Origin: Aureliella sp.
Lineage (GTDB): Bacteria; Planctomycetota; Planctomycetia; Pirellulales; Pirellulaceae
Length of the DNA: 64,000 nucleotides
NCBI GenBank assembly: GCA_963691875.1
Contig: OY829846.1
Span: forward strand, 1,824,001 to 1,888,000
Direction of reading: 5' to 3'
Within the stretch, counting starts at the first letter, position 1. Each line of letters begins with the position of its first letter. The notes under the pieces were generated by a model. That model did not search any database. It was not told where the DNA came from and saw only the letters and a list, made by a program, of their open reading frames with translations. Shown piece by piece: positions 41,521-51,600 of this stretch. The translations under genes were made by a program, and so were the position numbers.

Positions 41521-41688
41521 ATGCCCCACAATCCATACGAACCGCCTGACGACTCAGATTCGGTTGCGAAGTCACAGGATCAGAGCGATTGGGCTGGCAA
41601 GATGATCATCTATGCCCATGTTGCGATATTGCTGCTTATGCTAACGGTCGTTGTCATGGGAGTCTTGCGATTGGGATTCTTGGGTTAG
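41521..41688 (+). CDS. Small single-TM membrane protein with an N-terminal NPYxxP motif (not in the ORF track)
   Basis: Hand translation: MPHNPYEPPDDSDSVAKSQDQSDWAGKMIIYAHVAILLLMLTVVVMGVLRLGFLG* (55 aa). It fills an otherwise empty intergenic gap. Confidence 0.7.
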   Translation: MPHNPYEPPDDSDSVAKSQDQSDWAGKMIIYAHVAILLLMLTVVVMGVLRLGFLG

Positions 41689-41842
41689 AAGCGCAAAGCC
41701 TTGTTGCTCCCCACTAGTGTCAGCATAACCAGGAGCTCGTTAAAATTGGTCACACTTACAAAGATTAAAGGTCGGACTGAGCCGATTGGGAATGCCCCAA
41801 AGTTTTAACGAATACGCGACGAAATGCCTTCGATAAGCACTA

Positions 41843-43330
41843 TCATTGCGGTGGAATGTAGTTCAGCGTGTAGTAAGCCGCTTCGTGAAGAAGTGGATTT
41901 CCGTCCGCCGATCGAATGCCTCGGCTATGCAGTTCGTGGACGTGACCTTCCTGCAAGCCATCGACATAAAGCCTCACTCTCCTGCCATCTGCCGATGCTA
42001 CGGCTTTGGTAATCGTGGGCTCAGTGTGATCCACCTCGGGGCTACCATAGGAAGATTGATAGATGTAGGTGTATGTCTTCATCTCGTAGGACTCTAGAGA
42101 CTCGAGGCTACTGCGATCTGCTGGCAACGTAAGCGTGAGTTCGAAGCCGTCTGGCTTGGCCCGCATTTCATGGATCTCAAATGGAACCTTCCCCGTCCAG
42201 TCGACGCGCTCGACGGCAAACGGCTTCCGACCCACCGAGCCCCAACCGCGATTGGTACCGCCGACGAACAGCTTGCCATCCCCGGTGAGCTCTAGCCCAA
42301 GAGAACCGCTGCCGAATCCTTTGATGAAGGGAAAACATGCTCCTTGGTAGTGGCCTTCAACCTTTTCCAAGCAGCATCGCATCACGGTGCTTGCCGACTG
42401 GTCGGTGACGAAGAGTTGATTCTGAAAAGGACCAAACTTGCCGCCGGTTGTGTCGCAAGTAATCCCTGCCGCCGATTTGCCCATTTTGTTGTAAGGGAAG
42501 AAGATCGCAGTGGGCTCGAGCTTTGGCAGCTTCTTAGCCTCAACCATCATGCGACTACCGCTTTGTGGCTCTTCAGGACGCGGACCAATCGCGGACTCAG
42601 CCAAGTCATACCACTTGAACCCGCCGGGATGCCCCATAAACTTTCCGGGCACCAAGTGCTTCAAGCCGCAGGTGCCATTCCATGGACCTTGGTTGTCCGT
42701 GTAGAAAATGTCGCCCAAGTGGTTCGCCCCGATGCCACCCGGTGATCGAATGCCACTGCAGGTCGGCACAAGCTCACCTTCGCCAGTAACGCGAACGCAC
42801 CAACCGCGATAAGGCACGTTGCTGCCAAAGGAACCGGTCAAGCAAAGGACAACCCAAATATCCCCATTCTTGTCGAACTTGGAGCCAAAAGCATACTCGT
42901 GGTAGTCGCCGCAGATCTCCCAGCCATCGTTGACGATCTCGAATTCATCGGCAACTCCGTCGCCGTCAGTGTCACGCAGCTTGGAAACATCACTGCGTTG
43001 GGTCACGTACAGCCATCCGTCTTTCTCGGCCATCGTGAGCGTCTCGTGCAGGCCATGCGCGAAACGTTTGAATTGCGAAGCCTTGACTTCCTTGGCATAA
43101 GGATCGGTGATCATCCAAACTTCGCCGCGCCGCGAGCAAACCGCCATCTTTCCGTCGGGCATTTGCTGAAAACCACTGGCCTCTAGAACGACACCCTCGG
43201 GAATTTCGAATCGAGTGATCGGATAGTAGTCTGCTTCAGTAGGCTGCGCCGGAGCGAACTTGGCTGTCACCAACAGAATGAAACTGACCAGTCCGATGCG
43301 ACGCAGGTGCGATTGGTTTGAGAGCAGCAT
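41843..43330 (-). CDS. Secreted beta-propeller protein (PVC-type, sugar/sorbosone-dehydrogenase-like)
   Basis: Signal peptide, 'RFAHGLHE', '[11 protein letters not shown]', 'GDYHEYAFG', 'GIRSPGG', 'DNQGPW', '[10 protein letters not shown]'. Confidence 0.75.
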   Translation of the reverse strand: MLLSNQSHLRRIGLVSFILLVTAKFAPAQPTEADYYPITRFEIPEGVVLEASGFQQMPDGKMAVCSRRGEVWMITDPYAKEVKASQFKRFAHGLHETLTMAEKDGWLYVTQRSDVSKLRDTDGDGVADEFEIVNDGWEICGDYHEYAFGSKFDKNGDIWVVLCLTGSFGSNVPYRGWCVRVTGEGELVPTCSGIRSPGGIGANHLGDIFYTDNQGPWNGTCGLKHLVPGKFMGHPGGFKWYDLAESAIGPRPEEPQSGSRMMVEAKKLPKLEPTAIFFPYNKMGKSAAGITCDTTGGKFGPFQNQLFVTDQSASTVMRCCLEKVEGHYQGACFPFIKGFGSGSLGLELTGDGKLFVGGTNRGWGSVGRKPFAVERVDWTGKVPFEIHEMRAKPDGFELTLTLPADRSSLESLESYEMKTYTYIYQSSYGSPEVDHTEPTITKAVASADGRRVRLYVDGLQEGHVHELHSRGIRSADGNPLLHEAAYYTLNYIPPQ

Positions 43331-43406
43331 GGGATCTTCGTGAATAGGAATCGATGGGTGTATTTGGGATGGGGGCTAAAGCCTGAACTCCAGCCGGTCG
43401 TGCTTG

Positions 43407-46400
43407 CTACCAGTTGAGGTCTTGGAGAATGGTGGTGGGGCCATCGATGGGCACCAGCAACTCAGTCTTGCCGCCGGATTCGCGGAGGATCGGTTCGCCT
43501 CCACCTGCAACCGCGACAGTGATGGAGTCATTCATCACGTAGCCCTTCCCTGTCTTCTCGACTTTACCCACGGCAGCTCGGAAATAGATCTTGCCAGCAA
43601 GCTTCACACCAACCAATGGAGTGATCACAATTTCACGACGGAACATACCAATGTCATCGCGAACCACAGGGACTGGCTGATCCTCTACACTCGCCCAAGG
43701 CGTGCGATAACGGAAAGTCGGCTGTCCCTTGTCGTTCAGACGATATCCAAGGAACTTGTAACCTCGCTCACGAGGAGACTCCGCTGGCCAATCTGCTTCG
43801 GGGCTCTTCAGCACCGCAACAGGAGAAGATTTCTCGAGCGTCATGGTGGAGCCACCGAGAGGGGTTTGATTTCCGGGGCCGCGTCCAACCCAGTGCTTCG
43901 CCGCGTCGATAAAGCGATCTTGCCAAATCAAAGTCAATGAAAGCTCGTTGGCATCCCAACATAGATTGGCTTTCTCGGGATAGCCGACTGCGATGCCTCG
44001 CGGCGAAACGCCCTCAATGAAGTTACGATAAAGCACTGGCTTGTCAGTTGGCTTGAGCTCAACCATGCCCGAGACAATGCCCTCAGGAACGCCGCCCTTA
44101 TCGCCCTTTTCAAGATAAGCCCACAGCGCAGCGATTTGTTTCGATTTATCGCCACCGTAAACCTCTTGCACCGTACTCTTGCCTTCAGGAAATCCGGTCG
44201 GCATACGTGTACCAGGGCGATAAACCTGCGGATCAGGCAGATAACGGTGAAACCAGTCTTCGCGAATACGTTTTGTCATCGTGTCCAACGCGATGGCTTG
44301 AATCCCAGTTGCTCGGAATTTACCGTAGGTATGGCAGGCAACGCAGGCGAGTCCCTTCGCCCCGACCAGCTTACGTCCTGTCGCGACAAGGCGATGTTCA
44401 GGCTCATCGATGTCGGGAAGGTCGATTGCCGCCTGAGCATCGAGTTCTTCAAACATTGATGCCAATTGCTCTCCTGCTTTGCCAAAGCCCGGCATGTGAA
44501 CTCGCATGTAAGGGCGATTCTTGTTACCGCCTGTCACAACGGATTGAATCCAATTCTTCTGAAGTTTGTCGCCGACACCATCGAGGGTTGGAGCGAGACG
44601 TCCTTCATCGCCCATCTCAGGAATACTCGACGTGAACAATGCATTTCGATCAGACTCGGCACCACCCATGCTCCCTCGCTCATGGCATGCATAGCAATTG
44701 AGCGAGGTCATAGTATGAACCAAAGCACTGTTTCGATTCGGCGAACCTGAGACCCCACCCAACGCTTCCGAGATCGCTATTTTTTGTGACGTGATCAAAT
44801 CGTAGTTTGGCAGCGGTGCCGCAACTTTGTCGCTCAAGCACCCCTTACCAGGTGCACAGTCCGCTAACGAAGGAGCTCGCACCGACGACAATAATCTTTT
44901 ACCCTCTTCACTGCGCTGGTGGCAATTCGCACAACCAAGACTTTGGAACAGCTGCCGACCGGTCGCGACCAAAGATGAATCGAATACAAACAGGTCAGGA
45001 TTGTTGGGTTCGGCCGTAGGGGCGACTGGAAGTTCGTTACCATCGCGCGTCATCACGATCGCTTTGTCGATGCGTCCCGACTTCACTCCAGGCCCGGCCC
45101 AATCCAAACTCAGCTGCTCTCCGCCACCTGCCTCAAACCAATCAACACGAATCGCGTGCTTACCAGGGCCCAAAAGAATTGTGTCCTCTTTGAAGGTCGT
45201 AGGGTGAATCCCATCGTTGTCCAGAATCAGCTTTCCGTCGATGTAGAGCTTGCTCCCGTCGTCCGAACCAATTCGGAAACTGTATCTGCCCTGCTTTTCG
45301 ATAGGCAGAAAACCGGTGAAGCTCAAAACCACGTTCTCGTTGCGTTTACCAGCACCAATATCTAAGCCGCGGGAAACACCAGTCAGGTCAGGTTCCAGTT
45401 TCGAGAGATCAGGCAACTTGTCATAGCCACCGTAGTAAGCCGCGAACTTCATGTTGGGTTCTTTAGGCTTATCGCGCATGTCGCCAAAAGTAACGCTCGC
45501 GTCACCGGTCAAATACTGGGCGATGTGCCGATGAGCGTCGCCGTTGAGATTGAGTTTTGGCATCCGCCCGGACGGTCTTACTTTCAGCGGATCTTTCAGA
45601 AACTGCTCCAAGCTGGCGCGGGAATACTTTTCACCAAGGCCTACGAGCGGAACGGAAGTCGCTGTCGACGCCTTGCGTCCATCTTGTGGCATGTGGCAAG
45701 CAACGCACCCAGACTCATGAAACAGCTTCTGGCCTTCGTTGGTGTTACCACTCTTCCCACCTCCATTTAATGCATCAGTGCCAACCAAAAAGTTGGTCAA
45801 TGCCAACGCGGCAGATTTCCGATCTTCCACCGCCATACCAGCCATCAAATCCGGCATCGTTGTGCCAGGCTTCATCTCGTGAGGCGTCGTCAGAAACTTG
45901 AGGATCCATTCGGGCTTCAAGCGTTTCCCGACCTCGTCCAAAACTGGTCCTTGCTTGGCCCAATGGCTCGCAACAAGCTGACTATCCCCTCCGTGACAAG
46001 CAACACAATTGAGTTCAGCCATGAGAATCTGTCCACCTACAGCATCAGCTGTGGTGGCGTGGAAGCGTTCGAAGCCAGGGATAATGGGGCGTCGAGCTTC
46101 GGCTTCGACATCTCGCGGTACCACCCAGATGTTCCGATAGCGAACCGGGTTGCCATGGTTCTGCAAGTAAATCGGTCCATCCTCAGGACTTTCTTTCACA
46201 GGAGCAGCCGTTGTACTCTTCGGTAGATCTACATCCCGATGCACCACGACACCATTAAGCTTCACCGTAATCCTAGCGTTTGCCGTCTTCTTGTCTCCCT
46301 CGAATCTGGCGGCCGTAAACTCCACGTCATAGGTCTGCCAGGCCATGGGCGGCAAGCACATGTTCACGTCAGGAGCCCGAATGGAGTACAACCCGCCAGC

Positions 46401-47000
46401 CTCGTTGTTCTTGCCTTCGAGCCCAAAGGAATCGAGCATCTGGGTCTCATAACGCCCCTGATGATATAGGCCGCTATTGCCGCGTCCCTGACCGCGAGCT
46501 TTGGGCATAAATGGTGTCCGGAATTCCAGGTGCAAGATATAATCACCAAACGTATCGATACTCGTGCAGCCTTGCATCAACAAACCGCCTTCCGTGATCT
46601 TGGCGCCCTTCTGCCAGTGCTTCTCCAAAGACTCTTGGGAACCATCGAAGAGCACGACGGCATTGGCTGGGGGCTTCGCACCGAGTGTTGGGCTCTTGCG
46701 ATCTACACGGTCAAAGTTGTCGAGCATGGCTTCGAGCTGGTCCGTGTCTACTTCGATGGACTGCTTGCCTTTGCCATCCCAACCGGCACCGGGTAGTCCG
46801 TCGGTATAGGTCACGACCTCGAACTCCCCATCGCCAAGCGCGATCACCTGGAGCCCACGCTTGGAATCCACGTACTCGCCTTGTAAAGCGAAGTCCGGAT
46901 CCTTCTGAGCGGCTTGGAGAGTGTCGTAGACTTGAGCGAGCGTGTGTTGCGAGCCGATCAACAAGCCAAAGATAAAGAGCAACAGAACTGTTAATCGCAT
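43407..47000 (-). CDS. Secreted multidomain protein: DUF1080 + five CxxCH cytochrome c domains + PA14
   Basis: DUF1080 '[30 protein letters not shown]'; CVACH, CVACH, CANCH, CYACH, CVACH; PA14 'GSDDGSKLYIDGKLILDNDGIH'. Start set to ATG 47000. Confidence 0.9.
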   Translation of the reverse strand: MRLTVLLLFIFGLLIGSQHTLAQVYDTLQAAQKDPDFALQGEYVDSKRGLQVIALGDGEFEVVTYTDGLPGAGWDGKGKQSIEVDTDQLEAMLDNFDRVDRKSPTLGAKPPANAVVLFDGSQESLEKHWQKGAKITEGGLLMQGCTSIDTFGDYILHLEFRTPFMPKARGQGRGNSGLYHQGRYETQMLDSFGLEGKNNEAGGLYSIRAPDVNMCLPPMAWQTYDVEFTAARFEGDKKTANARITVKLNGVVVHRDVDLPKSTTAAPVKESPEDGPIYLQNHGNPVRYRNIWVVPRDVEAEARRPIIPGFERFHATTADAVGGQILMAELNCVACHGGDSQLVASHWAKQGPVLDEVGKRLKPEWILKFLTTPHEMKPGTTMPDLMAGMAVEDRKSAALALTNFLVGTDALNGGGKSGNTNEGQKLFHESGCVACHMPQDGRKASTATSVPLVGLGEKYSRASLEQFLKDPLKVRPSGRMPKLNLNGDAHRHIAQYLTGDASVTFGDMRDKPKEPNMKFAAYYGGYDKLPDLSKLEPDLTGVSRGLDIGAGKRNENVVLSFTGFLPIEKQGRYSFRIGSDDGSKLYIDGKLILDNDGIHPTTFKEDTILLGPGKHAIRVDWFEAGGGEQLSLDWAGPGVKSGRIDKAIVMTRDGNELPVAPTAEPNNPDLFVFDSSLVATGRQLFQSLGCANCHQRSEEGKRLLSSVRAPSLADCAPGKGCLSDKVAAPLPNYDLITSQKIAISEALGGVSGSPNRNSALVHTMTSLNCYACHERGSMGGAESDRNALFTSSIPEMGDEGRLAPTLDGVGDKLQKNWIQSVVTGGNKNRPYMRVHMPGFGKAGEQLASMFEELDAQAAIDLPDIDEPEHRLVATGRKLVGAKGLACVACHTYGKFRATGIQAIALDTMTKRIREDWFHRYLPDPQVYRPGTRMPTGFPEGKSTVQEVYGGDKSKQIAALWAYLEKGDKGGVPEGIVSGMVELKPTDKPVLYRNFIEGVSPRGIAVGYPEKANLCWDANELSLTLIWQDRFIDAAKHWVGRGPGNQTPLGGSTMTLEKSSPVAVLKSPEADWPAESPRERGYKFLGYRLNDKGQPTFRYRTPWASVEDQPVPVVRDDIGMFRREIVITPLVGVKLAGKIYFRAAVGKVEKTGKGYVMNDSITVAVAGGGEPILRESGGKTELLVPIDGPTTILQDLNW

Positions 47001-47187
47001 CAGAAAAAAAATCCCCGCGCAAGGTTTTTGCATGGAAAGAAACGGGAGGCAGTATGGGAGGCCTTGATCGATTGGTGGGCTGCGGCACTCCATTACCACT
47101 TCATCAAGGTACCGTCATTATGCTCCAAACCTTCCGTGCTTACAGCCAGGGCAAAGAGAATTTGCCCTCGGCGTGAAAAGGCCACGA

Positions 47188-48384
47188 TCACCGCAGAAAC
47201 TGAGCATCCAATACACGATCGTAGCAGTTCGCAATCCGCTCGTTCATCGCAGTATCGGTGAAACATTCGCGGTGCCGGGTCACCGCATTGGCAGAGAGCT
47301 TGGCCCAATTTTCGCGACTGGCCGCCAGATCCAACACACGCTGGGCAAGAGCCGCTGGATCATCTGGCTTGGCGAGTAAACCTTCGACGCCGTCTCGAAC
47401 GACCTCGCGTATCGCGGCGACATCCGAACCGATAACGGGAACACCTGCTGAAAGTGCCTCAAGGACGACCATCGGAATTCCTTCTCCTCGCTGACAGGGA
47501 ACCACCAATGCGTCAAGCTGCTGAATTTGCTCGCTGACATCACTCACGAACCCCGTTCGCCGTACCATCTCTCCAAGCGTCAACTTGTGCTCCAGTTGAG
47601 CCAATATTTCTTCGTACTCAACGGACTCAAAGCTGCCGATCAGCTGCAACTCAATTGGCTGCTTTCGCTGGCGGAGCAGCTTCATCGCTTGGAGTGCAGA
47701 TTCGACTCCGGCATGCGGCCCTATTAAGCCGACCAGGCCAATTCGCCAAGTCTTGCGATCCATTCGATTGCTCGTGTCAATCGGATCGGCACTCGGCACT
47801 CCGTTGGGAACAACGCAAAGTTTGGCTCGGTCCCAACCACTTGCCAAGATCTCTCGTCGCAACCGACGACTAACGGTCATCAGCATCTCGCAACCGCGAA
47901 TCGAGTAGGATTCAATCAACGATTGCATGCGTCTAGAAAAGCTGCGTGGGCTATTTCGGATCGAAGATCGGTGGATGTGATACACCCAGGGAATTCCTGA
48001 TCGATAGGAGATCTGCGAAGCGATCATGGCGGTACGAGGTGAATGAGCATGCAGGAGCTCGATTGACTCTTCCAGAGCAAAGTCGATAAGATCCCGAACA
48101 ACGTGCATATCCACGTTGGCTTCCATCGAAAAGTCGTGAACTTGATAGTCGCGCAATCCGCTGCATCTCCGAAACTTGCCGGGTGTGATGCATGCAAAAA
48201 GTGGATCAAATCCGCTTCGACCAAGCCCTCTTCCCATTAGCTGTTGAACTCGCTCCGCCCCAGTAAAATGTTCTCCCCTGATGACATGGAGGACTCGACG
48301 GAGCTCGGTCGGCGCTGATGAGGATGTGGAAGCTTGTGAAAGAGTTGCCGTAGAGGGGCCCGTAATTTGCGTTAGTAGGCTCAT
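47188..48384 (-). CDS. Glycosyltransferase family 4
   Basis: 'VLHVIRGEHFTGAERVQ', 'VVPNGV', 'EGIPMVVLEALSAGVPVIGSDV', 'VVRDGVEGLL'. Confidence 0.92.
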   Translation of the reverse strand: MSLLTQITGPSTATLSQASTSSSAPTELRRVLHVIRGEHFTGAERVQQLMGRGLGRSGFDPLFACITPGKFRRCSGLRDYQVHDFSMEANVDMHVVRDLIDFALEESIELLHAHSPRTAMIASQISYRSGIPWVYHIHRSSIRNSPRSFSRRMQSLIESYSIRGCEMLMTVSRRLRREILASGWDRAKLCVVPNGVPSADPIDTSNRMDRKTWRIGLVGLIGPHAGVESALQAMKLLRQRKQPIELQLIGSFESVEYEEILAQLEHKLTLGEMVRRTGFVSDVSEQIQQLDALVVPCQRGEGIPMVVLEALSAGVPVIGSDVAAIREVVRDGVEGLLAKPDDPAALAQRVLDLAASRENWAKLSANAVTRHRECFTDTAMNERIANCYDRVLDAQFLR

Positions 48385-48670
48385 GAAGTTCTCGGAGTTG
48401 CCGCCCTGCCTGCAGGAATCCTAACAAAGAAAAAGAATTCCGAATGTGGCCGTCGAAGCCCTGCAATTGCGAGGACCTCGCTTCGACCACATCTGAAACA
48501 TAGGCTTTTGCGCGATTGCGGTCGTCAAAGAAAAACGACTACGTGTAGATTCACATAGTCGTTCTTGAGTAGAGTCGGATTGTAAGGTCCGCCCAAAACC
48601 TAGGATAAAAAGTTCTGGTCGCTTCTTCCTGCAACCGCGACTCTTACAGTCCTGCGTCCAGCGGCAAGTC

Positions 48671-51600
48671 CTACTGTTCAATCAGTTCTTTGCCTTCGTA
48701 GGACTCTTCTTGAAGTAGCCCGAGGAAATGCTCCCAGAATTCCAGCTCGTCTTCCGCTCGTGCCGAGCTAGCGAACTCAGGATCGTCCACCACGCTAAGC
48801 TTCTGTTTCTGAACTTGTCCATCCACAGTAAGCGTTACCAAGTACTCGCCAGTAGAGCTTGAACGACGCGAACGGCCGGAAGAACGAAGATCCCACGATT
48901 CGACATGCAGGCCTGCCGAGGTGGCAACGTCTCGATCGAGCAACGTCTCGCCGAGCAAGCTTGTAATCTCTAGCTTCGCGCTGCGAACATTTCGAGCCAG
49001 AGAGTAGTAGATCTTGGCACCGGAATCAGGGTTTTCGCCCACAAATTGGCGAGTGCCTGAGCTCCCGCGACGCACGGTCGATCTCCAGCGGATGACTTTT
49101 TGCGGCTCGTAAAGTGTGACCGCCGCGGCCAAAGTTTCCTTCGAAAGTTGTCGCAGGGCTGATACGTCTGCGACCCAAAGGCTACGCCCGTGGGTGCCTG
49201 CCACGATCTCGCCACGCGTCGGGTGCTGAGCGATCTCGTGCACAGCAACGGTTGGCAAGTTGCTGTTCAGCTTGGTCCAGCTTTCTCCGCGATCGATGGA
49301 AACCCAGATGGAGAATTCACACCCCAGGTACAAGACATTCTCGTTCTCAATATCTTCTCGCAGTACACGCGTCGAACCGGCCAAGGAAGGCAAGTTGGCT
49401 CGAATCGATCGCCAGGAGGCCCCGTAATCTTCAGAAACAAACAAGTAAGGCTCGTCGTCGTTGCTGCGGTGACCGTCGAATGTCACATAGCACCGACTAT
49501 CGGAGAACTTCGAAGCAGTCAATGAGCTGACCCAACGCGGCTCGGGAACAAGCTCACTAAGCGGACTTGTCTTGGGGCCAGCTTCCTCGGGTCCATTCAC
49601 TCCAGGTGCACTGCGTTTCACTTCGAATTCGATAGAGAAACTACCACCATTGATTTCGATAACGCCTGTCATCATGCTGCCAGAGAGCTTCGCCTTAAAA
49701 TCCAAGTTGGCGGTTTCGGATGCAGCCGAGAAGTTCACTTCACCTGTCCCAGGATTATATTCCCCACCGTCGATATCGCCGTCACTACGCGCCGTCGAGT
49801 AAGTTCCCTTGAGGCTGTTGTCGGCTTGCAGCTTTAGGACGATTTCGAGGCTACTATCGCCAGGGATATTGCTCCCAGTGAAAGCCCCCTCGTAGGTGCC
49901 GCTGACTTTATCGTCCTTAGATGGATTTTCTTCGGATGCTTTTTCTTCAACAGGTTTCTTGGGCTTTTCCTTTGCCATCTCCATCGCCTTGCTGTCTTTC
50001 GACTCCGCCTTCTTGACGGTGGGTTTTTCCTGAGCCGGTTTTTCCTGAGCCGATTTCTTGGCGACGGGTTTCTTGACTTCGGCATTCGTCGCTTCAGTCA
50101 TATTGGCCCTCTGAGACTTTTCGACTCTCGGCTTATCGGCTGCAGGCTTGTCTGGATTGCTTTCAGGCGCCTTGCCTTGCTTCTTCTTGCCTGTGCCGTT
50201 TTTTTCCTTACTGGGCTTGGTGCTCTTTTCATCACCTGAGGCGGTTTCCTTGTGAGCTTCACGCTTCTTCGCTTGCGTCTTTTTAGGTTCTGCCTTTTCT
50301 CCTATCCTTGGATCAGCTTTGGGCTTGCCTGCAGCCGCTGGCTGGGCCTCAGTTTTCTTAGGACCTACGCCCTCAGGCATGCTGTCTTGCACACTTCGTG
50401 TCTGCGGTAACTCATCCTTGGCGAGCTTTCCGTCCTCGTTTTTATCGAAGCGTTGCAGCATTGGTCGCATATTGGCCGGCAGTTCATCCTTACCAATGAA
50501 GCCGTCCTTGTTGCGATCCAGTCTCTCAAGCAGCTGGCTCATCCGACTCGCGATAGTTCCGCTTGGTCTACGGCCACTTCCCGTTTGAGCAGTTCGTCCG
50601 GAACCAAGCGAGTTGGCAAATGATCGTGAGCTCGTCGCCTTATCCGACTTCTTCGATTCCTCGATAGACTTCTCGTCACGCAGGTTCACCCAGCTCTTAC
50701 CATCATCTTTGGTCATCCACAAAGCACCATCGGTCGAACCGACGTAGAGCACGCCAGCAACTCGTGGCGATTCGCTAATTGCACTTCCGGCACCTTTGTC
50801 CGTCAAAGTGAACTCGGGAGAGATAGCACGAGTGCGATCCCCCTTGCGAACGGACTTGAAGACATGGTTGCCCGCACTGTAGTGAATCTCCGAGTTGTGC
50901 GGAGAGAGTATGTAAGGTGTCTTCCAGTTAAAGCGATAACGCGTCCCTCGAGGTGGCCGAGGCTGAATGAAACCGCGCTCGCCAGTCTCGAGATGGATAC
51001 GGCCCATTCCGCCGTTCTGGCTCTCAAAGTAAATCTGTTTCGGATCCTTCGGATCGACAAGTGTCACAAAGCCATCGCCAGAGCCCACGCGATACCAATC
51101 CGAGTTCATCGGTCCCGAAGTATCCCGCACTCGCGTCGGTCCGCCCCAGCTACCGTTGTCTTGCAGGCCGCCGTAAGCATAGTAGTTGTCGTCGGAAGAA
51201 ATACCGACGTGATAGAACTGGCCAATCGCGACATGATTGTGGTGATCCCAGTTTTCCATACGGTCGTAAGTTACATACAGGCCGCCATCATTGCCAAGGA
51301 TCATGTGCCGTCCATCGCGAGGATCGACCCATAAGGCATGGTGATCCACGTGCACGTCACTACTTGCTCCGTCACCTGTAAACACTTCGCCGCCATCTTT
51401 GGTGCGATAAAGTGATGTCCCCAAGACGTAGATGTAGCTATTGTCGGAGGGGTCAACACGTATCTGACTGTAGTACATCGGACGCGGGTTCACTGAGTTA
51501 ATCCGCTTCCAAGTGACGCCTCCATCCTTCGATTGATACACGCCGCCGTAGTTCTTCTCGTCTGAGCCTTGCTGTCCTTGGAGATTCTGAAGCTGCCCGC

